Below, piece by piece: positions 12,820 through 24,084 of a stretch of DNA of 64,000 bases. Position 1 is the first letter of the stretch; each line of letters opens with the position of its first letter. The stretch covers positions 23,116,439 to 23,180,438 of the forward strand of contig NC_092371.1 of assembly GCF_030028105.1 (NCBI RefSeq), in the 5' to 3' direction. Made by a program: the position numbers and the translations under genes. A model generated the notes under the pieces. The model was given only the letters and a program-made list of their open reading frames with translations. It made no database searches and had not been told where the DNA came from. Source of the DNA: Mobula birostris (lineage: Eukaryota).

Positions 12820-13140
12820 GGTAGCAGAGCTAATAGAGCTACTCACAGTTCCAGCGATCCAGTTCAATCCCGTCCTCAGATGCTGTCTTTGTGGAGTTTG
12901 CACCCTCTCCCTGTGAGTATCTTAAGGCTCTGGTTTTCCTCCCACATCCCAGAGATGTGCAAGTTGGTTGGCTAACTGGCTGTTGTAAATTGCCTCTAGT
13001 GTGCAGATGAGTGAGCAAATCAGGGGGAAGTTGATGGGAATATGCACAGAGATTTCTATAGGATTAATGTAAATGAGTGCCTGATGGTCAAAATGGACTT
13101 TGTGGATTGAAGGCCCTGTTTCCAAGCTTCGAGATTCTCT
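12820..13140 (+). mobile_element. HE1-type V-SINE (tRNA-derived head, V-domain, CR1-derived tail)
   Basis: B-box-like gttcaatccc; V-domain gtggagtttgcac...ggttttcctcccacatccca...aaattgcctctagtgtg; tail gaaggccctgtttcc. Confidence 0.75.
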
Positions 13141-13190
13141 CACTGCATTTGTACCCTGCATTCCAAAGTCCAAGTCATTACTATCTGCAG

Positions 13191-16100
13191 TGTTCTGCCT
13201 TCAGGCAATTCGTTCATGGTTTTCAATGTGATTAAACACATTCAGCTTTTATTTTAACAAGCAGTTTCTGATCTGTAGGTCATTTCCTGGTCAGCCAGGA
13301 AGTGGTAAGTGAAAAAAATGCATTGGCTCACAGCAGGCCAAACGTGTAAAAGAATGTGTTAGGAGTAAAAGAAGTTTCTACCTAAAGCCATCCTGTTGTT
13401 TCCCCAGCAGAAACATTGCTTGTAAGTTGATGTTATATTATTTCGAAGTTAATTTAGCGGTATCAACAAAATTTTGCTGAAATAGAAGGTTATTTTTATG
13501 TTTATTAGACACTAATCTAGGTGTTAATAGTTTACACATACACCATTTACCTGTAGTATTTACTTGTTGGAATTTTATAATATTTACCTGCAGGGAATTT
13601 AACTAAGTTCTTACTTCTCTGGGTATTTTTCCTTGTGTGAATGGAACAACGTAATAATTGCCCTGTATTTTGTTTTTCAATTTCACTCCTTAGCCACTAT
13701 GTCATAGAAACATAGAAAATAGGTGGAGTAGGCCATTCGGCCCTTCGAGCCTGCACCGCCATTCAATATGATCATGGCTGATCATCCAACTCAGAACCCT
13801 GTACCTGCCTTCTCTCCATACCCCGATCCCTTTAGCCACAAGGGCCATATCTAACTCCCTCTTAAATATAGCCAATGAACCAGACTCAATTGTTTCCTGT
13901 GGCAGAGAATTCCACAGATTCACCATTCTCTGTGTGAAGAAGTTTTTCCTCATCTCGGTCCTAAAAGGCTTCCCCTTTATCCTTAAACTGTGACCCCTCG
14001 TTCTGGACTTCCCCATCTTCGGGAACAATCTTCCTGCATCTAGCCTGGCCAATCCCTGTAGAATTTTATATGTTTCAATAAGATCCTCCCTCAATCTTCT
14101 AAATTCCAGCGAGTATAAGCCTAGTCGATCCAGTCTTTCTTCACATGAACGTCCTGCCATCCCAGGAATCAATCTGGTGAACCTTCTTTGTACTCACTCT
14201 ATGGCAAGAATGTCTTTCCTCAGATTAGGGGCCCAAAACTGCACACAATACTCCAGGTGTGGTCTCACCAAGGCCTTGTACAACTGCAGTAGTACCTCCC
14301 TGCTCCTGTACTCGAATCCTCTTGCTATGAATGCCAGCATACCATTCGCCTTTTTCACCGCCTGCTGTACCTGTATGCCCACTTTCAATGACTGATGTAC
14401 AATGACACCCAGGTCTCGTTGCACCTCCCCTTTTCCTAATTGGCCACTATTCAGATAATAATCTGTTTTCCTGTTCTTGCCACCAAAGTGGATAACCTCA
14501 CATTTATCCACATTAAATTGCATCTGCCATAAATTTGCCCATTCACCTAACCTATCCAAGTCACCCTGCATCCTCTTAGCATTCTCCTCACAGCTAACAC
14601 TGCCGCCCAGCTTCGTGTCATCCGCAAACTTGGAGATGCTGCATTTCATTCCCTCGTCTAAGTCATTAATATATATTGTAAACAACTGGGGTCCCAGCAC
14701 CGAGCCTTGCGGTATAGCCTTGGGCAAATGAGCGAAAGCACAACTTGAGCCTCGCACATGTCATAGAGTCTGCAATAAAACCAAGGATTTACGAGCTATT
14801 TCCTGACTCTCAAGTCATTTTGAATGGAATTCGGCTGACTGTCTAATTGATGTTACAACTGGTGAGTGAGGTCAGTACAGTGAAAAAGCAGACATCAGTT
14901 GGTGCTTCAACAACTGCAGCTAAAAGTGAAACCTCCTTACATCTAAGAACCTCATCATGGACCAGAAACAAGGTGATAATGCTTTGATATCCCACTCTTT
15001 AAGAGTTCCCAAACATTAACTTCGTGCAGCAGCAAGAGCCCGCACTAAAGCAAAGGTGGTAAAAGCACGCGCTTCATTTGCTGAGAAGGAGGACCATTGC
15101 ATAGGCCGGGGTCTTAGAGGCAGCTGAGAACTGGCAGGAGCGATGAAGTAGGAAAGGGCCAGCAAAGCTGTGTCAGAAAAGGACATTGTGGAGCAAATGG
15201 GCAAATGAGCGAAAGCACAACTTGAACCTCGCACATCCCAGAACCAAACAGCAGAAGAGACACTTGGATAAGCCATATTCAACCAGACAAAGTCTGACAA
15301 CAAACCTGCCCCATCCGTCGAAAACACAATCTTCCTGAAGACAATAGATGAGGAAGTCTACAAGGATGAGTGAAGTCGTTACATTGCTCCTCTCCCCCTT
15401 AGAGTTTCACGGCAGCTCTTACCCAACAATCATGAACACCCATTTCACTTGCAGTACATGTACAGTGAACTCTGAAAAGAAAGCCAGAGATGAGAGAGTA
15501 GGTTGTTGCCCCTATGGGCAAGATTTTTGCGGACAATCTCGTGTGCATCAGAGGCTGCCTGAAACATGCACACTTGAACAGAGGCGAAAGTAACCGCTTT
15601 ATCCTCCCCAAGTTCAGCCACATCTCTGGTAGGGTACCATCATGACTGGGTGGAACATCAAGGCTGTCACTTTATGAAAGAAGTCGTTAGAGCAACAGAT
15701 TTGTGAATCATAGGAGGTAAGAGGCTCATCAACTCAGTTCTATATGAATATGTCATCTGCTAGACACTCTGTGGCAAAATGGAGGAACAGTGCACGGTAG
15801 ACCTACCTTCCGAGCGCCTGCGTACCTGCCCTCCCTTCACATATGCTGGGTTGGATGTCTTCGGGCCCAGGTCAGTCAACGTCAGACGTACAAGGGGAGG
15901 CCGCGCACAAAGCAAACGATGGGCAGTGCTCTTCAGCTGCATGAGCTCAACATGAAATAATTGAATCCACGGACACCTCAAGTTGCATCAATGCACTCAG
16001 GCGCTTTTCCGCAATCTGTAGGCCAGCGAAGCAGTTAAGATCGTACTATGGCATGAATTTTTGTATCAGCCAGTAAGGAACTGCGACTAGAGAAAAAGCA

Positions 16101-17170
16101 ACAGGACTCCAGCGTGCAGAAGTACTTGAATCAACAAGGATACACATAGGAGTTCAGCCCTCCCCCCCCCCCCCACATGCCTCCCACAAGAGCGGCTCGT
16201 GGGAGTGTATGACTGGGGTGGCAAAAAGAATCCTTGACTTTATGCTGCTCCAGGAGAACACTCATCTTACCCATGAAGTCCCGTGCACCCTTATGGTGGA
16301 GGTTGCAGCATAATAAATGTGAGACCTCTTGTTCCAATTTCCACAGATCCCAACTCACCATTTATACTGCAATAATACTCACTCAAAAGCTCAGAGTACA
16401 CCCTCTATTTGGAGACTTTAGGGATAATGATCTTCTCATTCGAGAATGGAAATGGATACAAATTCCCGCCAAAAAGTTCTGGAGCCACGAGTATCTCCCA
16501 ACACTGCAGACCCACCGGACATAGATGAAAGCTCACAGGGATCTACAAGAGGGAGATTCATGCTCATGTCTACCTGCAATGATTGGCCCATGACTAAAGT
16601 TACTGCTACCTTCCCTGGAAGGGATGGAAGAGTCCAGAAGGAAGAGGTCAACACGACAGGTTTTGCCTGAGACCTGCCTCAGAAATTGTTTAGCTGCTTC
16701 CCAAAGAAGAATAGTAGAAACCTCACGAAGGTGGCAGGGAGAGTTTTGGGCAATTCATTTATCTTTTTCTATGTGATTCAACATGTTCAGCTTATATTTT
16801 AATGAGCAGTTTCTATCTATATTAGGTCACTTCCTGTGCAGTCAGGAAGAAGTAAGTAGAAAAGTGCATTGGCTGGCAGGAGGCCAGAGGTTTATGTTAG
16901 GAGCGAAGAAAGTTTCTATCTAAAGCCATCCTGTTGTTTCCCCAGCAGAAGCATTGCTTGTAAGTTGATGTTATATTGTTTACAAGGTTAATCTAAAGGT
17001 ATCAACAAGATTTTGCTGAAATATAATGTTATTTTTATGTTTATTAGACAATAACCTAGATGCTAATGGTTTACACATACTATTTACCTGTAGTATTCAC
17101 TTGTTGAAATCTTATAATATTTACCTGTAGGGAACTAATAAGTGTATATTTAATTGTGTGAATGAAACTA
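13191..17170 (+). mobile_element. BEL/Pao LTR retrotransposon, degenerate and internally deleted
   Basis: Direct LTRs: 13191-14857 (split by a CR1) and about 16742-17170, sharing ctaaagccatcctgttgtttccccagcagaa and flanks. Integrase remnants DLPSERLRTCPPFTYAGLDVFGP...KRWAVLFSC, FWSHEYLPTLQ and WPMTKVTATFPGRDGRV; purine tract before the 3' LTR. Confidence 0.9.
13709..14717 (-). mobile_element. 5'-truncated CR1 LINE inserted in the BEL 5' LTR
   Basis: ORFs 14194-14757 (PQGSVLGP, KFADDTK) and 13702-14172; tail (tttctatg)n; 10-bp TSD atgtcataga at 13699-13708 and 14758-14767. Confidence 0.92.
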
Positions 17171-17875
17171 TGAAAATCTGGCATATTCAGGACTTTGGTG
17201 GTGTTGGTAGAGCTACTAGGACTTGATGTTTCAATCCCTATGGTAACTCGGCACTCTCGATGTTGGCAGTGGGTTTGGAGTGGTGACAAGGAGGGAGGGT
17301 AGGTACATTATTGGGGTCATCAGGTGGGCACCCTCCTTCTTTGACGTTTCGTTGATAAGCCCACGACGTCTCCAGAGGGCTCAACAATGCTACCTGGCAT
17401 CGCAGATACACCCCCCTTGGTTCCGTACCCTCCTGTCTTCATCGTGCAGCCCAGTTGTTGTCTTTCCTTTTAATCCAAATCCAATTGCTGCTTTCTTCTG
17501 CTGCACTTGACAAGGACTTGATTGCTTGTTGGAGGGAGTGACCCCTCACCCCCATCTTCTTCAATAGACTGGTCGTAGGTGTAGCAACGAATCCCCTGCA
17601 TCACTTCTACAGGGAAAATCTTGGTCTTCCAGCCATTCTGGGCAGCTTCAGTTGCCAGTTCAGAGTACTTGGTCTTTTTCCTCTCATAAGCTTCTTCGAC
17701 ACCATCTTCCCATGGTACTGTCAATTCCACAACATATGCCAGCTTGGCGCGTCTGACCGGAGTGTTGTAGCTGCAATGTCTGGGGGAAACACAAGCTTTT
17801 TTTTCCAAGTCCACGTCCATTTTCCAATCCCGAGCAACCTGCAGAATGCTTACATCTTTTGATGTTATATGGGAG
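17170..17875 (-). mobile_element. Hero-clade (restriction-like endonuclease) non-LTR retrotransposon, 5'-truncated
   Basis: Across frameshifts reads ARDWKMDVDLEKKLVFPPDIAATTLR...VVELTVPWEDGVEEAYERKKTKYSEL...GWKTKIFPVEV...AEESSNWIW, typical of the Hero RLE domain; stop at 17439-17441, then 3' UTR. Confidence 0.8.
17313..17416 (-). ncRNA. Candidate rearranged (non-circularly permuted, pseudoknotted) hammerhead ribozyme in the Hero 3' UTR
   Basis: Core CUGAUGA (17323-17317), GAAA (17350-17347) and GUC site (17367-17365). Stem I GUGGGC/GCCCAC and stem III GACGU/ACGUC. Further helices GUUGA/UCAAC, GCCCUC/GAGGGU and GGGG/CCCC. Confidence 0.65.
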
Positions 17876-17989
17876 TGTAAATTTTGCAGATGATTTCCAT
17901 TAATAGTCTAACACTCTTTAAATTAACATTTTTATTAAATATTACATGGTCCGCTGAAAAATGTATGATCACACTGTTCGATTTGAAAG

Positions 17990-18430
17990 GGGCTGCAGGA
18001 ACCAGTACCCTGGTAAATTGAAAGGGGATAGGAACTTGGGCCAAGGTGAGTGGAAAAAGAAGTGAGTGGGCATCACGGTCCGGGTATGTGGGAAGGGAGT
18101 GTAAGGTTTGGGTTCTCCCATGTGAGGTTGAGGGAGAACCAGGGTCCTGGGGTGTAAGGTGGACCAAATGAAACAGGGTCCTGGGGTGTTAAAGAGACAA
18201 GAGCCCCAGTAATTGAAAGTGGGCACAAGAACTGAGGTGCAGGTGAGTGGGAAGGGTCTGGTGTTTTAGAGGAACATAGGAACTGGAACCTGGTGTTTTA
18301 AAGCAGGAGTTCCCAACCCTTTTTATGCCATGCACGAATATCATCGAAGGGTCCGTATTTTCCAAGTGGGGAACCTCTCTGTTAAAGGAAGCACAGGAAC
18401 CAGAGCCTCAATGAGTGGGAAGAGCCCGTG
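17990..18430. repeat. Degenerate G-rich tandem repeat (units of about 30 bp like ggaacaggaaccagggtcctggggtgagtgggaag) containing a tiny Charlie-like MITE at about 18304-18378
   Basis: Repeated ggaacc/agggtcctggggtg/gtgagtggga motifs; MITE ends caggagttcccaacc...gtggggaacctct with a (t/g)ttaaag-like TSD. Confidence 0.55.
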
Positions 18431-19071
18431 GCAAATATTACCTGGTGAGCCAAGTGCCGGAAGATTAGAAAGTTTCAAACAAGCAAACAGAGTTTTACTG
18501 TATGAAGAAAAGCAGTGATCTGCCCAAAGTTTGTCACTGGATACTGATAAGAAGAGCTTGAACCTCTGTCACAGACCTACTTTACAAATTATCCTGACTG
18601 CAGGGAAATATGTTGGGAAACTGGCTTATCCGCTTCTTTTGTGCTTGAGTCTGTAACGATGTTAAAGGACCATAAATAGAACACAGAAAGCAGTATATTC
18701 TCATAAGGCAGTGGCACTTTTAGGTCGATGAGAGAGTAAAACTGGACAAAGGCTATTTAACCCTTCAAGTCTCCTATGCCATGAAAGAAATATGACTTAA
18801 CTCCATAAAACAAATCTACTGCAAGAACAAACAGCGAGAAACTATGAAATAAAAAAAGGAGGAAGAAAATTGATTACGAAAGAAAACTGGGACCTGATAG
18901 CAAATGAAATAGCAGGGTTTCTATGGATATGTAAAAAGATAAAGGGTAGCTAGAGAGCAAGACTGATGGATTAATAATGGGAAACAAGGAAATGCAGATA
19001 AGTATAAACCAATACTTTGCCTAAGTCTTCACTTTGAAAATGTGTATAAATATCCAAGGGGTATTTGATGG

Positions 19072-19190
19072 CGCAAACACGAGGAATTCTGCAGATGCTG
19101 GAAATTCAAGCAACACACATCAAAGTTGCTGGTGAACGCAGCAGGCCAGGCAGCATCTGTAGGAAGAGGTACAGCCAAGACCCTTCGTCA
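19072..19190 (-). mobile_element. Short pLTR insertion whose 5' end lies at the hammerhead CUGACGA core
   Basis: 12-bp TSD ggtatttgatgg at 19060-19071 and 19191-19202; the minus strand starts (cc)tgacgaagggtc. Confidence 0.85.
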
Positions 19191-21399
19191 GGTATTTGAT
19201 GGGCTGGTTTCAAACTGTGTGTAATAATTCATAAGATCACTATCACAAGGAATAGAACAAAGAACATGGAGCTTTTGAATGCTTTAGTGAAACAAGGCAA
19301 ATACACCATACGTCATATTCTAGCTTCTGCTCCCTTCCTTTCCATCCTGATGAAGGGTCTCAGTCTGAAATGTCGACTGTTCATTTCCCTCCATAGATGC
19401 TGCCCGACCTGCTGTGTTCCTCCAGCATTTTATATGCGTTGCTCAAGATTTCCAGCATCTGCAGAATCTTTTGCGTCGGTGTACCATACACCATCTTTGC
19501 TTATTGATTTGTGCAGTCATTTTCAGGACCACTTAATCTACTCTTCCCTCCTACATAGGCCCCCATTTTTCTTATCATTCATGTATCTATCTAAGAGTTT
19601 CATAAAAATGTCCCTACTACATATCCCTCTACCACGACCCCTGGCAACGCATTCCAAGCACCCACCACTCTTTGTGTAAAGAACTTATTTCTGACATCCT
19701 CCCTCTATTTTCCTCAAATCACCTTAAAATGATGCCCCCTTCAATTAGCCATTTCTGCCCTGGGTAAAATGTCTCTGGCTGTCCACTCTATCAATGCTTT
19801 CTATCATTTTGTATACCTCTATCAAGTCACCTCTCATCCTCCTTCACACTAAAGTGAAAGGCCCCAGCTTGCTCAGCCTATCCTCATGAGACATGCTCTT
19901 TAATCCAGGCTGCATCCTGGTGAATCTTCTCTGTACCCTCTCTAAATCTTCCACATCCTTCCTATAATGAGGCAACCAGAACGGAACACAATATTCCAAG
20001 TGTGGTCTAACCAGAGTTTTATAGAGCTGCAACATTATCTCCCAGCCCTTGAACTCAATCCCCTGATTAATGAAGGGCAGCAGACCATAGGCCTTCTTAA
20101 CCACCCTATCAACTTGCACTGCAACTTTGAGATGTCTATGGATGTGGACCCCACAATCACTCTGTTCCTCCACACTGCTAAGACTACTGCTACTAGCCCT
20201 GTTCTCTTGTCTTCAATTATGACCTTCCAAGTGTATCATTTCACATCTTTCTGGATTGGACTCCATGTGCCACTTCTCAGCCCAGCTCTGCCCATTGTCT
20301 CTAAGAATCCTCTCCAATAATTTGCCCACCACTGACAAGTTAATTTTGGGTATTTAAAAAGGAAGTTGATAATTTTTTGAAATATTGGGGGATTGAGGAC
20401 CTAGGAAATTGACACATAAGCGATGAGGCCTCAAGTAGATCAAGCATAATCACTTTGAAGGATGGGGCAGGTCCGGAAATGTGCCCCCCCCCCCCCGGTG
20501 CACAAGCAGCAACAAAGCATCAACCTTCCCCCCTCCCCCACATGATCCAGCAGAAAGCATCAGCCCCACACCCATCAGCAGAAAGATCATACCTTCACCA
20601 ATCACCCTTGTCAACTTGCCAAAAAACTCAATCAAGTTGGTAAGACGTGACTTGCCCCGCACAAAGCCATGCTGACTCTCCCTAATTAGGCTACGGTTTT
20701 CCAAATGCTCATAAATCCTATCCCTAAGAATTCTCTCCAGTAACTTCCCTATCACTGATGTGAGACTCACCGGTCTGTAGTTTTCAGGATTATCCCTTAT
20801 TCCTTTCTTGAATAATGGAACAACATTAGCTACTCACCAGTGCTCTGGGACCTCATCCGTGGCTACAGTGGACACAGGGATATTGGTCAAAAATCTCTTG
20901 CCTCTCTCAATAACCTGGGGTATATTCCATCAAGCCCTGGGGATGTATCCACCTCAATATTCTTTGAGACCCAACACTACCTCCTCCTTTACCTCAAAAC
21001 ACTCTAACATATCAGTACGCTCAGCACTGATTGCTCTATCCTCTATGTCCTTCATCTTGGTAAATACTGATGTAAAGTATTCATTAAGGACCTCACCCAC
21101 GTCCACTGCATCTAAGCAAATGTTCTCCCCTTTTATCCTTGCGAGGTCCTACCCTCTCCCTAGTTACCTTCTTGCTCTTTGTGTACATATAGAATTCGTT
21201 GGGTGTGATCCTCCTTAATCCTACTTGCCAAAGACCTCTTGGCCCCTCTTGGCCTTGCTAATTCCTTTCTTGAGTTCTTTTTTGGCTTCTTTGTAATCCT
21301 CAAAGACTCTGTTTGATTCTGCCTTCCTGAGCTTTCCATACTTTTTCTTTCTCTTCTTGACTAAATTCATCTCCTCCCTCAACATTCAAGTTCTCTTAC

Positions 21400-22133
21400 C
21401 TTGTGCTACACCTGCCCATTCACTTTCTCCCTCACCTCCATTCAGGGCCCCAGTCCTTCCAGGAGAGGTAATACTTCACCTACGAATCTGCTGGTGTTGT
21501 CTATTGTATCCAGTTCTCCTGATGTGGCCTCCTCTGCATTGTGAGACCTGTTGAAAATTGGGGGACCGCTTCGTCAAGTGCCTCTGCTCCATTCCTCCAA
21601 AGCAGAACATTCCAGTGGTCAAATAATTTAATTCTGATCCCCATTCCCGTTCCGACATGTCGGTCCATGGCCTCTGCTCATGCCATGATTAGGCCACCCT
21701 CAAAGTGGGGGAGCAACACTTTGTATTCTGTCTGGGCAGCTTCCAACCTGATAGAATGAATATCGATTTCTCCTTCCGGTAAAAAATCTTTTACCTTCCC
21801 CCTCCCCTACCTGCTTCTCCTATTCCCCATTCTGTCTTCTCACCTCTTCTCTTCACCTGCCTGCTGCCTCCCCCTGATGCCCCTCCTTCTCTTTCCTCTA
21901 TGGTCCACTCTCCTCTCCTATCAGATTCCTTCCTCTCCAGCCCTACCTTTCCCACCCACCCGGCTTCATCTATCACATTCTAGCCATCCTTCCCCTCCCC
22001 ACACCTTTTTATTCTGGTGTCTTCTCCCTTCCTCTCCAGTCTCGAAGAAGGCTCTTGACCTGAAATGTCAAACGTTTGTTCATTTCGGTGAGTGCTGCCT
22101 GACCTGTTGAGTTGCTCAGCATTTCGTGTGTGT
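21400..22133 (+). mobile_element. Penelope-like 3' fragment (GIY-YIG remnant plus pLTR)
   Basis: Homologous to 41370-42305 (gtccttccagg...cacttcacct..gaatctgctgg...tgggcagcttccaacctga); degenerate pLTR at about 22035-22133. Confidence 0.75.
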
Positions 22134-22269
22134 TCTCTTACCTTGCCATCCTTGTCCTTTCTTCTCACAGGAACATACCTGCCCTGTACTTCAAGCAGTT
22201 GGTCTTTAAACACCCTCCATATATCAGATATGGACTTGCCCAAAAACGGCAGTTTCCAATTAAGTCTTA

Positions 22270-22720
22270 AACACAAAATAATCTGCAGATGCTGTTGTCA
22301 AAGGAACACTCACAATGCGCTGGAGGAACTCAGCAGGTCAGTCAGCATCAGTTGAAATGATTAGTCGACGTTTCGGGCCGAAACCCTTCATCAGGACTGA
22401 AGGAAGAACTTTGGGGAGGGTTTGAAGAATGCTGGTAGTTGAAAAAAACAGTAATTTTTAAGACAAAGGGGTGGGGGAGGGGAAGCAGGGGGGTGATTGG
22501 CAGGAGAACAATAGTAGAAGGAGGCTAAACTATGAGGGAGGTGATGCGAAATAGGGATAGAGGAAGGGAGGGGGAGGGAATTACCGGAAGTTGGAGAATT
22601 CTATGTTCATACCAAGGGGCTGGAGACTACCTAGAAGGGTTTCGGCCCGAAACGTCGACTAATCAGTTCAACTGATGCTGACTGACTTGCTGAGTTCCTC
22701 CAGCACATTGTGAGTGTTCC
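22270..22720 (-). mobile_element. Young Penelope 3' end with an inverted pLTR copy at its 5' end
   Basis: 15-bp TSD tccaattaagtctta at 22255-22269 and 22721-22735; inverted arms at about 22303-22389 and 22634-22720. Confidence 0.9.
22363..22398 (-). ncRNA. Minimal type I hammerhead ribozyme motif (intact core) in a Penelope pLTR
   Basis: Minus strand reads AGUC-CUGAUGA-A-GGGU UUCG GCCC-GAAAC-GUC-GACU: stem I AGUC/GACU, stem II with UUCG loop, and palindromic ACGU in place of stem III. Confidence 0.8.
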
Positions 22721-24084
22721 TCCAATTAAGTCTTACTAGTTCTTGCCTAATGCTCTTGTAACTTGCCCTGCTCCAATTTAATACTCTCCCTAATGGTCCA
22801 GACTTATTCTTATCTATAACTACCTTAAACTTAAGGAGTTGTGGTCACTCTTCCCTAACCTTTCAAGGTAGGTCATGAGAGGTCAGTCACCTGGCCAGTC
22901 TCATTACCTAACACCGTCCAGTACAGCCCCTCGTCTTGTTGGACTATTGATCTAAAAACCCCTCCCGGACATACCAAACAAATTCTGCCGCATCTAAACC
23001 ACTTGCACTAAGAATGTCTGATTTTATATTAGGGAAGTTGACGTCCCCCATCAATCCTATCGTTTTCACACCTTGTCTGCATATCTGTTCCTCTTTGTCC
23101 CAGTGGCTATTGGCGGGGGGGGGGGGTTCTGCGGTACAAATCACCCATTAGATTGATTGCATCTTTCTTATTTTTGAGTTCTACCCATATAACCCTCCAT
23201 TATGTCCCCTCTGAGTGCTGCTGTGATATTGTCCCTGATTAGTATACCCCCACCTCTTTTACCTCTCTCCCTATCTTTTGTAAAACATGAAAACCTTGGG
23301 ATATTAAACACCCATTCCTGTCCCTCTCTCAACCAAGACTCTGTAATGGCCATCATATTCCCACGTACAGATCATCGGGGTCATCCAGAACATAAACCAG
23401 AAGTGCTGCATTCAGCATTGTCAAAGACACCTACTCTTCACCCCCAGCCCACAAACCATCCCACAATCACTTTGGCCTCCTACCATCAGGAGGAATGTAC
23501 CACAGTACAAGAACCAAGTGTATTAGGCTGGGTAACAGCTTCTTTCCCCAGGCTGTGAGACATCTGAACACCCTGCTGCCACATAGTACACATTATGTAT
23601 GACTGCACCAGATTATACTACTGTATATTTAACTATATGTCATATATGCACTCTGTCAAATTGTACATCTGCAGGATCGTGTTTTGCACCTTGATCCAAA
23701 GAAATGTTGTTTTGTTTAGCCGTATACATGTGTACGGTTGAATGTCAGTAAACTTGAACTTAAACTTGAGAGGTGATCGGTGGAAATAACAAAGGGCAGA
23801 AGAAAATGGAAATCTGATAAGAGAGGACCGTGAACCATGGAATAAAGGGCAGGAGTTGAGGAGGAATACCAGTGGGAAGAATGCATGGGTGATGGGCAGA
23901 TTGAGTGGGTGGGAGAGGGGGAAGAGATGGGGCAATGGGAGCAGTGGGATAAATAAAAAAGAGGGAACAGAGGGGGGAGTTTTCCAGAGCTGGAGATATA
24001 ATGCATCAGGTTGGAGACTACCAAGGTGGAATATGTGATGCTAGCATCAGCTTGGCAGTAAAGGAAGCTGTAGACTGACATAAG

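Larger units (their letters stand above)
19480..23360 (-). mobile_element. Fragmented CR1 ORF2 (RT C-terminus to APE endonuclease) interrupted by Penelope and other insertions
   Basis: ORFs 19844-20173 (LYKTLVRPHLEYC), 20450-20770 (QHGFVRGKSRLTNLIEFF), 22944-23144 (GDVNFPNI) and 23168-23356 (AITESWL). Confidence 0.8.

Noticed and set aside
17990-18430. CRISPR-like or functional repeat array
   Set aside because: Irregular degenerate minisatellite without a constant repeat/unique spacer pattern, in a vertebrate context.
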